The notes beneath the pieces are model-generated. The model was not told where the DNA came from. It was given only the letters and a program-made list of their open reading frames with translations, and searched no databases. Source: Acidobacteriota bacterium (lineage in GTDB: Bacteria > Acidobacteriota > UBA6911 > RPQK01 > JADFOI01). Taken from it: DNA of 64,000 bases. Made by a program: the position numbers and the translations under genes. Location of the stretch: NCBI GenBank assembly GCA_963663035.1, contig OY760074.1, positions 448,001 through 512,000 of the forward strand. Direction: 5' to 3'. Below are positions 30,859 to 39,175 of the stretch, piece by piece. Each line of letters begins with the position of its first letter. Position 1 is the stretch's first letter.

Positions 30859-30861
30859 GAT

Positions 30862-31371
30862 TTACTCCACTTTGAAGGGATTTCCCCGAGAGGTTAAATT
30901 TACCATGAAAGGATTGGGATAGGCTGCTTGCAGGGCCGGACTTACTGTGTATCGGGAAACGCTAATCTCGGCGATTTCCAGCTCTTCTCGCTCCTGAAGG
31001 TAGGTCTGAAGAGCCTGCTCCATCTCCATATTTCGCTCATAGACAAAGAAAAGTGAAAGAAAAGCTAGGCCTAGTGTGCCTGCTGCAACCGGCATCCAGC
31101 GAACGCCGAAGAAAGATCGAAGGCCAAGAAGCCAGCTGGACTCCTCGGTGCGCACATCGGTGATCTCTGAGTGAATTCTTGTCCATAGGTTCGGATTCAA
31201 CTTCAGGGGTCTGAGTTGCTCAATCAATTTCTGGGAGTCAAGGAGAGACTGGTATTCTTCATGACACTGGGCGCACTCAGTGAGGTGGCTTTCGACTTCT
31301 TTCGCCTGGTCACGGCCCAATTCCGCATCCATGAAAGCTGTCAGGGACTCAGAATAAGTTCGACATTCCAT
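30862..31371 (-). CDS. Zinc-finger (zf-HC2) membrane anti-sigma factor
   Basis: MEC...HLTECAQC (HxxxCxxC) plus one TM helix; directly downstream of the ECF sigma gene. Confidence 0.88.
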   Translation of the reverse strand: MECRTYSESLTAFMDAELGRDQAKEVESHLTECAQCHEEYQSLLDSQKLIEQLRPLKLNPNLWTRIHSEITDVRTEESSWLLGLRSFFGVRWMPVAAGTLGLAFLSLFFVYERNMEMEQALQTYLQEREELEIAEISVSRYTVSPALQAAYPNPFMVNLTSRGNPFKVE

Positions 31372-31375
31372 AGTT

Positions 31376-32002
31376 CTATCCCAGGTAATCCTTTACTTTT
31401 CCCCTGACCTCCACTCTAGCACGGTGGATATCTGACTTGACTGAGGCCAAGGATCGACCAACGATCTCACTGATTTCCATATAGCTTAGCTTGTGAACGG
31501 CCGAAAGGACAAAAACTTTTTTGTACTTGTCAGGCAGTTTGTAAATAACTTCTTCTACCACCCGCTCTAATTCGTCTGACAAAAGACGATCTTCGGGGCC
31601 TTTCTGTGGAGCTGCCAGCCTCTGGAGCTCGGAGCCTTCAGACGATTCGGTTTCAGAATCCGAATGGAACTGGGGTCTAAACCCGCGGTACTGCTGGTAG
31701 ACGTTGTTCTGTGCGATACGGAAGAGCCAACTTTGAAACTTACCGTTTTCCTTGAGAGATTTTAAGTTCTTGTATGCTAGGACAAACGTATCCTGAGCCA
31801 AGTCTTCTGCTTCTTCACGCGAACCGGTCAAACGATAGATATAGTTCAATATTTTTCTGCCATAGAGCTCGTACAGCTCTTGAAATGCTTCAACATGACC
31901 CTCCTTTGCCCTGGAAACTGTCCCACTTAACTCCTCTCCAGAGATCGAAGAAGTCTGAGCTTTTTTCTGAGGTGTAGGCCCTCTGGTTCGCTGTTCTTTC
32001 AC
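31376..32002 (-). CDS. ECF RNA polymerase sigma factor
   Basis: Motifs AEDLAQDTF, FQSWLFRIAQN and SYMEISEIVG..VKSDIHRAR. Confidence 0.93.
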   Translation of the reverse strand: MKEQRTRGPTPQKKAQTSSISGEELSGTVSRAKEGHVEAFQELYELYGRKILNYIYRLTGSREEAEDLAQDTFVLAYKNLKSLKENGKFQSWLFRIAQNNVYQQYRGFRPQFHSDSETESSEGSELQRLAAPQKGPEDRLLSDELERVVEEVIYKLPDKYKKVFVLSAVHKLSYMEISEIVGRSLASVKSDIHRARVEVRGKVKDYLG

Positions 32003-32133
32003 TATGATTGACTGCTATTTTAAAAGTTGCAAAGTAATTTCAGTGATTCGCGGAAGATCGGTCACATAGTTTACACCTTAATCCACTCAATCAGAGAAGG
32101 AAATAGAGAAAGAGAGAGAGACGGGACTGGGGG

Positions 32134-32528
32134 CGGGTGTTCAGGGAGGTCAAGATCGAGGCCGCACAAGCCCTGCGACCGCAGGCGTAGTTTAAGTACT
32201 CCCTTTCATAAAGACGGTAACGTTTGCGGATGGGGCTTGCGAGGCGAGGTCGCGAAGGGAGGAGGAGGCGATGTCAGGGACATCGACGACGACGAGTGAC
32301 AAAGAGATCGCCCGCAACCCCCATCCGCCCGAAGGGTTGGGGCGGGACGGGCCCATTTCTTTGTTGCATCTCCTCGCCGATGTCCCTGACATCGACTCGT
32401 CGTCGCGCCTCGATCTGGGCTCCGTCGCGCTCCCAACAAACGCTATCGTATTTATCAAAGTGAGTACTATGCTACGTCGAGGATCGAAGGGCGCGGAGAA
32501 CGAAGAGCTTGGCCTTCCTGGACACCCG
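32134..32528. mobile_element. 395-bp composite MITE, copy 1 (family C shell with family B insert at 32195-32468)
   Basis: Outer TIR CGGGTGTTCAGG; inner ends AGTACTCCCTTTCATAAA and TTTATCAAAGTGAGTACT. Near-identical to 49901-50295 and 53715-54109. Confidence 0.9.
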
Positions 32529-32530
32529 TA

Positions 32531-33130
32531 TTAGTACTTTCTCATGATGCCGACTACGACACCTTGAATTCTTATCCGGTCCTCTTTCACCCATATAGGC
32601 TCCAGGGTGGGGTGAGCGGGTTGAAGACGGATCGTTTCCTGTTCTCGATAAAATTTCTTCAGTGTAGCGTTTTCCCCATCGATCAGAGCGATGACCATTT
32701 CCCCATCGCGAGCGCCCTCCCGCTCCTCGATGACCACAAAGTCACCATCCTGGATATGTTCATCAATCATGGAATCTCCTCGGACCCGCAGTACGTAGTT
32801 CCTCTTGCGGGTGAGAAAACTCTCGGGAACAGAAATCTCTTCCACATTCACCACTGCTTCTACCGGTTTTCCCGCTGTTACGTAGCCTAGCAGTGGGAGT
32901 GTTGTGGGTGAGGAGGCTTCAGGGTTCAGTAACTGAATGGATCGCGCTTGGTTGGGAAGACGCCGAATGAAGCCTCTTGTTTGCAGTGCCCTCAGATGCT
33001 TATAAACTCCATTCAGTGAGGACAGATCAAAGTGGTCGGCGATCTCTTCCAGAGTGGGTGAGTAACCCTGCCGTTCCAGGTACCCTCTCACGAAATCCAG
33101 GATCTCCTTTTGTCTCCTGGTCAGTGGCAT
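32531..33130 (-). CDS. lexA: SOS repressor LexA
   Basis: N-terminal winged HTH (LTRRQKEIL, SPTLEEI), Ala-Gly cleavage site (VTAGKP), catalytic GDSM and TLKK. Confidence 0.96.
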   Translation of the reverse strand: MPLTRRQKEILDFVRGYLERQGYSPTLEEIADHFDLSSLNGVYKHLRALQTRGFIRRLPNQARSIQLLNPEASSPTTLPLLGYVTAGKPVEAVVNVEEISVPESFLTRKRNYVLRVRGDSMIDEHIQDGDFVVIEEREGARDGEMVIALIDGENATLKKFYREQETIRLQPAHPTLEPIWVKEDRIRIQGVVVGIMRKY

Positions 33131-33148
33131 GAGCTTCCTTTCTCAGCC

Positions 33149-33177
33149 ATAATGGTGAATAAAAGGTGAATTGTCAA
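33149..33177 (-). promoter_or_regulatory. lexA promoter with candidate SOS box (ATTCACC-N4-ATTCACC)
   Basis: Minus strand TTGACA-N17-CATTAT. The spacer is a direct repeat of the form ATTC-N7-ATTC. Confidence 0.65.
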
Positions 33178-33185
33178 GTGGGGGC

Positions 33186-33206
33186 ACCTGACAGCTGACA
33201 CCTGGC
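33186..33206 (+). repeat. Short heptamer array
   Basis: ACCTGAC AGCTGAC ACCTGGC, just upstream of the lexA -35. Confidence 0.6.
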
Positions 33207-33264
33207 AATTATGACAGATGCGGTGGTAGAGTCTGCGTGGATGCAGGGAGGCACTTAGGTTTAC

Positions 33265-33717
33265 ATGCGAGCCGTTATACAGAGGGTTCAAGAAGCCAGG
33301 GTTCAGGTTGACGGGAGGGTCGTCGGAGCGATCTCCAAGGGGCTGGTGGTTTTGCTGGCTGTCGAAGCTGGTGATGGGGCAGAAGACTTAGCCTACCTGA
33401 AGAAGAAGATCCTGAATCTTCGTGTCTTTGAAGATGACCAGGGCAAAATGAATCTTTCCCTCCTGGATGTAGGTGGAAGTGTGCTGATGGTTTCACAATT
33501 CACTTTATACGGCGACGCCCGCAAGGGGAATCGACCCAGTTACTCTCGGGCAGCGCCCCCGACTCAAGCCAAAAAGCTTTACCAGGAGCTCATTGACCTC
33601 CTCCGTCGGGACGGAGTTGTGGTGGAGGCGGGTCAGTTCCAGGCCATGATGAAGGTTGCTCTGGTGAATGATGGCCCGGTCACTCTGATCGTGGATTCGA
33701 AGAAAGGCTACTACTGA
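33265..33717 (+). CDS. dtd: D-aminoacyl-tRNA deacylase
   Basis: Motifs [20 protein letters not shown] and NDGPVT. Confidence 0.96.
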   Translation: MRAVIQRVQEARVQVDGRVVGAISKGLVVLLAVEAGDGAEDLAYLKKKILNLRVFEDDQGKMNLSLLDVGGSVLMVSQFTLYGDARKGNRPSYSRAAPPTQAKKLYQELIDLLRRDGVVVEAGQFQAMMKVALVNDGPVTLIVDSKKGYY

Positions 33718-34433
33718 ACCGGAACCGGTTGTAGTTCCCACTCTTCCAGGAGTTCCTGGGGAAGGTTCGGGGAGTAGGGGGGCTCTCGAAAAAGTAGGAT
33801 CCTGACCTGAGCCTTACGCCGTGTATTGCTTATCCATCTATCCATTTCTTGGTTGGTTCTCTCCAGGATAAGGATCTCCCGAATCTGTTCCTGGACCAGT
33901 TCAAAGGCAGGGAGAGGGGCACCAGTCTCTCTTAATTGGGGAACAAGTGTCTCATCGTAATATTGCTGAATCTGTTGGGGTAAGAGAATGATAAAGGGTT
34001 CGAATCGGTTCTGAACGAACTTCCAAACAGCCAGCTCGCGCTGGATGACGTCGCGCAGATCAGACTCGGTCATCTCCATAGATTTGAGGTTCTCCTGAAA
34101 TTGATCTGGTGAGGAAAAGCGACGCTGATAGGCTTGCATCTGAATGTCCACTTCTTCCTGTGAGATTCCGATTCCAGGAGTTTGTTGAGCCTGGCGTGAG
34201 CTCAGCTTTTGATTGATGATTTGATCCAAAACGGTTAAATACAAGTCTCGCCTCTCTTGGGGCTCCTCGGGTACCGCCCAACCCTTGTATTAGACCAGCT
34301 GCTGGACCTCCGAAAAGGAAATGACTTCCCCGTCGACCAAGGCGGCAACCTGATCCACGATCTCTCCCCGAATGGGCATCGTAGAAAACAACAAAAGAAG
34401 AATCGCGCTTGCCACAAACATCGTGGTATTCAT
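33711..34433 (-). pseudogene. SurA N-terminal-domain-like periplasmic chaperone with an in-frame TAA at 34290-34292
   Basis: Reads MNTTMFVASAILLLLFST..GEIVDQVAALVDGEVISFSEVQQLV*YKGW.., continuing in frame into ORF 33711-34244. Confidence 0.75.
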
Positions 34434-34448
34434 GGGACGAGACACTAG

Positions 34449-36087
34449 CCGCAATTATTCATAAGTTTGGGGTGAGTGTCGATTTTCTGCGGAAGTTCAG
34501 GGCTGAGAGTGTGTTCAGGTGCGATTACAAGGCGTCCAAGCTTGTTGAGCCGAATAGAGATGAAGCGAGAGCCCCTTCCGGAAACAGCTCGGCCCGCAGG
34601 GGGCTGTATATCTGTGTTGGCGCAGGGAGTCAGGGGACCGTCAGGTGGGACACAGACGGTGCATCAGTAATGCGAAGAGCTTTTGTTCGGGATAAGACGA
34701 TGCCAGGTGCACCCAGATGCGACGAGAAGTTTCCCGAACCCGGGCACCGATTTTGAACAGGCGGCGGCGGAGCGTCTCAATCTCCAGGTTGTGCCAGGGA
34801 GTCCCGCACAGGTAATCCCGCAGGCGCAGGATTAAGACATAGGCCAGGGCGTGGATGAAGAGTCGGAACTGGTTGGCCAGGAAACGGTGGCAGCTCAAGC
34901 GATCCATGGCCAGATCTTTTTTGAAAGCTTTCACGAAGTTCTCGCACTGGCCCCGTCCGATGTAGTGGTCATACAGCTGCCCGGCCGTGAGATCCTGGCG
35001 GTTGGTGACCACAAAGCGACGGTTGAACCCGCGCTCGCTCACTTCCACCTTGGCCACCATGCGCCGCTCCCGGTCCCAACTGTCGGCCTGATAGACGAGC
35101 TCGGTGAACTGGCGTTGCTTTTCTCCTGAGTCGTCATAGTCTGCTTGCACCTGCTCAACCAAGGGCTCGACGGTGGCCGCCAGCCGGGAGTTGCGGGCAA
35201 AGCCCACCACATACTGCAGTTTTTCCTCCTCACAGAACTCGTACAGTGCCGGCGTCGCAAAGCCACTGTCGGCTCGCACTTCGATCGGAACATCGGATCC
35301 CAGAACCTGGCGCATCCGGGCCACCACCCGTTTGAGAACCGCCACCGCGTGGGCGGCCGCCCCCTGGTTGCCGGGCCGCAGTAGCGCACATACCAGATCG
35401 CCCGTCTCGCCATCGAATAGCAGCAGCGGATGATACATGTGCTCGCGATAATAGCCGTGGTAAAAGCTGAACTCCTGCTGCCCATGCGTGACGTCATCCG
35501 TGCTGTCGATGTCCAGGATGATCTTCTCGGGCCGGCTCTTCTTGCGGTGCTTCAAGTAGGTCTCCAGCAGCCACTGTCCCAGGCGAGTGAGATCCTTCGA
35601 GTCCACCGAGTTCTCCAGTCGCGACAGCGTGGGTTGAGAAGCCAGATCCGGATCGCTTTCCGGCAGCCGATCACACACGGTCTTGAAGATGGGATCCGAG
35701 CGCAAGCTGTCGGCATCGTTGCAGTCCTCATAGCCGGCCACGATCTGAAAGCTGCGCTGGGTGAGCAGTTCGCGAATCTGGTGGCGGACGTAGCGGCTAT
35801 CTCGAGCGTCCTTCAGGCAGGAGGCAAAGCCAGCCGTCAGTCCGTGCTGTTGATCCAGGGCGTACAGACACAGCAGCCCGGCATCGGAGGAGAGCCGGCC
35901 TCCATCGAATCGAGCCACCACTTTTCTGTCAGGGTGAGATGGCAAGTTGATCTGGCAGACTGATGCATCGCTGGGCCGTACCTTTTTGGTTTGGAGTTGT
36001 TTCATAACCCCTTTTATATCAAAGAGGTACGGCATCTTTTTGTGCCCTCGATCAGACCCCTTCTTCAGAATTTATGAATAATCCGGG
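34449..36087 (-). mobile_element. IS1380-family insertion sequence (1639 bp)
   Basis: TIRs CCGCAATTATTCATAA and CCCGGATTATTCATAA (13/16 match). CTAG duplicated at 34445-48 and 36088-91. One transposase gene. Confidence 0.93.
34641..36005 (-). CDS. IS1380-family DDE transposase
   Basis: Motifs FDGGRLSSDAG, GYEDCND, LASQPTLSRLEN, LDIDST, RADSGF, RGQCEN and LFKIGARV. Alternative start at 36035. Confidence 0.93.
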   Translation of the reverse strand: MKQLQTKKVRPSDASVCQINLPSHPDRKVVARFDGGRLSSDAGLLCLYALDQQHGLTAGFASCLKDARDSRYVRHQIRELLTQRSFQIVAGYEDCNDADSLRSDPIFKTVCDRLPESDPDLASQPTLSRLENSVDSKDLTRLGQWLLETYLKHRKKSRPEKIILDIDSTDDVTHGQQEFSFYHGYYREHMYHPLLLFDGETGDLVCALLRPGNQGAAAHAVAVLKRVVARMRQVLGSDVPIEVRADSGFATPALYEFCEEEKLQYVVGFARNSRLAATVEPLVEQVQADYDDSGEKQRQFTELVYQADSWDRERRMVAKVEVSERGFNRRFVVTNRQDLTAGQLYDHYIGRGQCENFVKAFKKDLAMDRLSCHRFLANQFRLFIHALAYVLILRLRDYLCGTPWHNLEIETLRRRLFKIGARVRETSRRIWVHLASSYPEQKLFALLMHRLCPT

Positions 36088-39000
36088 CTAGAAGGGCTGC
36101 CCCAAAGTGATGTGGAAGTTCCAGCGGTGGAACACCTCCACGTCAGGAGGGTTCGGCGTGTACCCGACATCGAAGCGAAGGACTCCTACTGGAGAATTGA
36201 TTTGAAGCCCGGTTCCCACCGCATGATTGAATCCTGAGGAAAGTTCGGTGGGACTGCGGAAGACGTTGCCCACATCGTAAAAAAGCGTTCCTGAAAGGAA
36301 GGCCACCAGGGGAAATCTCAGCTCCAGGTTAGCGATCAGAAGGGCATTACCTCCTAAGGGAACTGGACGGCCATTGGGATCTGGTTCCCCGAGGGCGTCG
36401 ACGAGTATGACCTCTCCCGTTTCGGGATCCTGCAGAAGAGGCCCAGCCAGATCCTGGGGAAGTCCTCGCAGTGTTGTCGATCCTCCAGAGAAAAATCGCT
36501 CACTGATGGGAATCGGATTTTCGAGCGGTTGGCCGGCGGTTCTACCGAAGGGAGCGATAACACCCAACCTCAGGGAAGATGCCAGGACTAAATCGGGGAA
36601 AAGCTTACGATAATACTGCCCCTGGGTGAAGATGCGCACAAAGTCCTCATCGGAGCCGATCACCCGAGTCGAAAGCCGTGCATCTCCAGAAACGAGAAAG
36701 CCCACCTTGGGATCGGTTGGATTATCGCGCGACTCGTTGAGATAGGATACTGAAAAACTGGAAAGACGGAGTTCTTCTTCTTCTCGAAAGAATTGTAGGG
36801 GCGCAGCAAGGTTTTCGGGCAGGTCGATCCGGACCTTCTCGAAGTTGTAGCGAAAGAAGAGAGCGTCCCGGCGGCTCAAGGTTCGCTCGGTTTGGGCCGA
36901 GGCGCTGAGGCGGAGTTCGCCAAAAGGCTTTCCGCGAATGGCTTCCCGTCCTCCTGCAATGTCTTCTTTCAGAGCCTCTTCGTTGGTGGCAGTCAAGGAA
37001 ATGAGTGAGGGGAGTTTTCGCTCAAAAAGGCGGGACAGGCTATAGGAGAGGTTTGCACGTTGGCGCCTGGCCCCAACCCGGAGACCCAGAGAGAGAGTGC
37101 TCGCTCTGCCCAGAAAGTTACTGTTGGCAATGCCGAAAGTGCCACGTGGTCCCTCGAATGAGCTGTAACCGAGACCGTAAAGAAGCGTATATTTTTTTGC
37201 TTCTTCCATATTAACTATCACGTTTTTCTGAAGTGGATCTCGGTAGGAAGAAACTTCTCTGACCTGTACTTTGTTGAAAATAGCCAAATTGTACAAGTTG
37301 GTCTCGGTCGCCAGGACACGATCCAACGACAGAGGGTCCCCGGGAGCAATCTCCACTTCTCTTTGAAGCAGATCCTTCCGAGTGGTGAGGCTGCCAGTCA
37401 GGATGACCTGTTCGGTGGAGGTACGGGGCCTTTCCCGAATCAAGTATGTGATCGCAACTCGTCCCGGCTCTGGGTAAACGACTTCAGAGCTGAAGTCCAC
37501 TTCCCGGTAACCCAGGTTTGCGTAGACAGCAAGAACGTTGGCACGATCCTGGGCCACAACAAGAGGGGAGAAGGGTGTCCCGGGCCGGCCCTGAAGTTCC
37601 TCATAAAGGGTCTCCTTACTGAGGTCTTTGTTGCCAGTGAACTCCACAGATTCGATCAGATAGCGCGGACCCTCCTGAATCTTGTAAAGCACTGTGAGAT
37701 CATGCGAGTCAGGACTCTCCACGATAAGGGAATGAGCGACTTCCACATCCTGGAAGCCACTTCGCTGATAGTACCTCGTGATGCTGATCACATCTTCTTC
37801 TGCCCTCTCGGTCGAGAACTTTCCTCGAGTAAAGAGTCCGTTCTCCTCAACGCTGAGGATCTTCTTCAGGGATCCACTTTGGGCGAACCGGTTTCCTTCG
37901 AACAGGGCTTCCTTGAGACTGTATTTCTGGCCTTTATCGACGGTGATCACGACCTTGGTAGGTTCCCGGCCGGTCCCTGTGGTTTCGTAATCCACTTGGG
38001 CCATGAAGTAACCCTCATTTTGATATCCCTGGCGAAGTTCTTTTCGAGTTGCCTCCAGATAGAAGGGTGCTGTACCTCTTTGGCTGAAGACGGGAAGATC
38101 TGCAAGTTCCTCACGACTAGCTTCGATGCCATGAAATTCAATCTGAGTTCGTTCTTTCGGTTCAATGCGAACAGTCAATGAGGCAGAATTCTCCGTATCG
38201 TGGTATTGAACTGTCTCCCTCACGAAACATTGAAGGTAGCCTTGCAAGAACAGATACTTCTCGATTGTGCGAAGGTCTTCTTCCAGTTGAACCCGGGAAA
38301 AAGCTTTTTCTTCACGGGTCTCCATCAGAGACTGGATTTCTTTCACATTCAAATCTCCCTCGACATCAAGACCAAGCTCATCCACAAGGGCCTGATCCCC
38401 GGCTTCGATCTGCAGTCTCAGAATGAGGCGCGCATTCTTATGAAGGAGTTCAAAGCGGGGTTCGATTCGGGCACGGTAGTAGCCGTGTCTCTGGTACAGC
38501 TCACTTAAACGGCCAAGGGTTTCTTCCATCAAAACTGCTGAATAGGCTTCTCCAGCTCGAAAGGCCAGTTCTCGACGGAGTTGTTGCCGGTCCAGTTCCA
38601 AGTCTCCCTCGAATTTGATTTCCTGGATCAAGTATTTACGAATGAGAAGAATCCTGACCCGCACCTGATCGCCAGCGGGTTCGAGGTCAACCTGTACGTC
38701 GTGGAAGATTTCAGTGGAGAACAGGCGTTTCAGAGAGCTTGCGGTTTGAGAGGCGCTGTAGGGCTTTCCCTCGCGGAGTTCAATCAAGTTGAGAAGATCG
38801 TTGGTCGAGATGTGATTCAGTGGGCCGTCGGATTGGAGTTCGATCGTCTGAATGATCTTCCCCTCAAATGGGGAATTGGCTCGAAGGAAACTCGGCAGAG
38901 TAAAGCAAAAAATCAGACTCAAGAAGAGAGCCAGTATCGCTTTGTCAACCGGGCCGGCTGATGAATTGTGCGCTCCAGCCCGGATTATGCATAGGTTCTT

Positions 39001-39159
39001 GTCACGAAGCGACGAAAGCGCCGAGCTGACAAGGCGCGCGAGGGGTACCCGCCACGGGTCGGCCCCCGCAAACGTACTCTTGAGTACGTTGAGGAGGCCG
39101 ACTGAGAGCAACGCTGTCAGGGCGGATGATTTCGTCGCTGCAGTAGAGAATTTATGCAT
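36088..39159 (-). CDS. BamA/TamA-family outer-membrane protein with POTRA repeats (start uncertain)
   Basis: Signal-like hydrophobic stretch, POTRA-like repeats, ERFFSGG..LRG and C-terminal Phe. The only in-frame ATG upstream of the signal lies in the MITE at 39159. Confidence 0.8.
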   Translation of the reverse strand: MHKFSTAATKSSALTALLSVGLLNVLKSTFAGADPWRVPLARLVSSALSSLRDKNLCIIRAGAHNSSAGPVDKAILALFLSLIFCFTLPSFLRANSPFEGKIIQTIELQSDGPLNHISTNDLLNLIELREGKPYSASQTASSLKRLFSTEIFHDVQVDLEPAGDQVRVRILLIRKYLIQEIKFEGDLELDRQQLRRELAFRAGEAYSAVLMEETLGRLSELYQRHGYYRARIEPRFELLHKNARLILRLQIEAGDQALVDELGLDVEGDLNVKEIQSLMETREEKAFSRVQLEEDLRTIEKYLFLQGYLQCFVRETVQYHDTENSASLTVRIEPKERTQIEFHGIEASREELADLPVFSQRGTAPFYLEATRKELRQGYQNEGYFMAQVDYETTGTGREPTKVVITVDKGQKYSLKEALFEGNRFAQSGSLKKILSVEENGLFTRGKFSTERAEEDVISITRYYQRSGFQDVEVAHSLIVESPDSHDLTVLYKIQEGPRYLIESVEFTGNKDLSKETLYEELQGRPGTPFSPLVVAQDRANVLAVYANLGYREVDFSSEVVYPEPGRVAITYLIRERPRTSTEQVILTGSLTTRKDLLQREVEIAPGDPLSLDRVLATETNLYNLAIFNKVQVREVSSYRDPLQKNVIVNMEEAKKYTLLYGLGYSSFEGPRGTFGIANSNFLGRASTLSLGLRVGARRQRANLSYSLSRLFERKLPSLISLTATNEEALKEDIAGGREAIRGKPFGELRLSASAQTERTLSRRDALFFRYNFEKVRIDLPENLAAPLQFFREEEELRLSSFSVSYLNESRDNPTDPKVGFLVSGDARLSTRVIGSDEDFVRIFTQGQYYRKLFPDLVLASSLRLGVIAPFGRTAGQPLENPIPISERFFSGGSTTLRGLPQDLAGPLLQDPETGEVILVDALGEPDPNGRPVPLGGNALLIANLELRFPLVAFLSGTLFYDVGNVFRSPTELSSGFNHAVGTGLQINSPVGVLRFDVGYTPNPPDVEVFHRWNFHITLGQPF

Positions 39160-39167
39160 AATACGGG
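38979..39167. mobile_element. MITE-like element, family A (189 bp)
   Basis: Ends CCCGGATTATGCATA and TATGCATAATACGGG; flanks CCAG and CTAG. Central hairpin AACGTAC-tcttga-GTACGTT. Confidence 0.85.
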
Positions 39168-39175
39168 CTAGACTT

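Noticed and set aside
32003-32035. Autoregulatory ECF promoter (GCAACTT...GTCAA)
   Set aside because: The spacing between AAC and GTC is about 13 nt, shorter than the usual 16-17.
32027-32534. Short ORFs repeated at 28.6, 32.2, 49.9 and 53.8 kb as a gene family
   Set aside because: They occur in several frames on both strands of a GC-rich palindromic repeat, so their similarity reflects DNA repetition.
34290-34292. Stop-codon recoding of the internal TAA
   Set aside because: TAA, TAG and TGA all terminate conserved genes in this window, so a point mutation or sequencing error is simpler.
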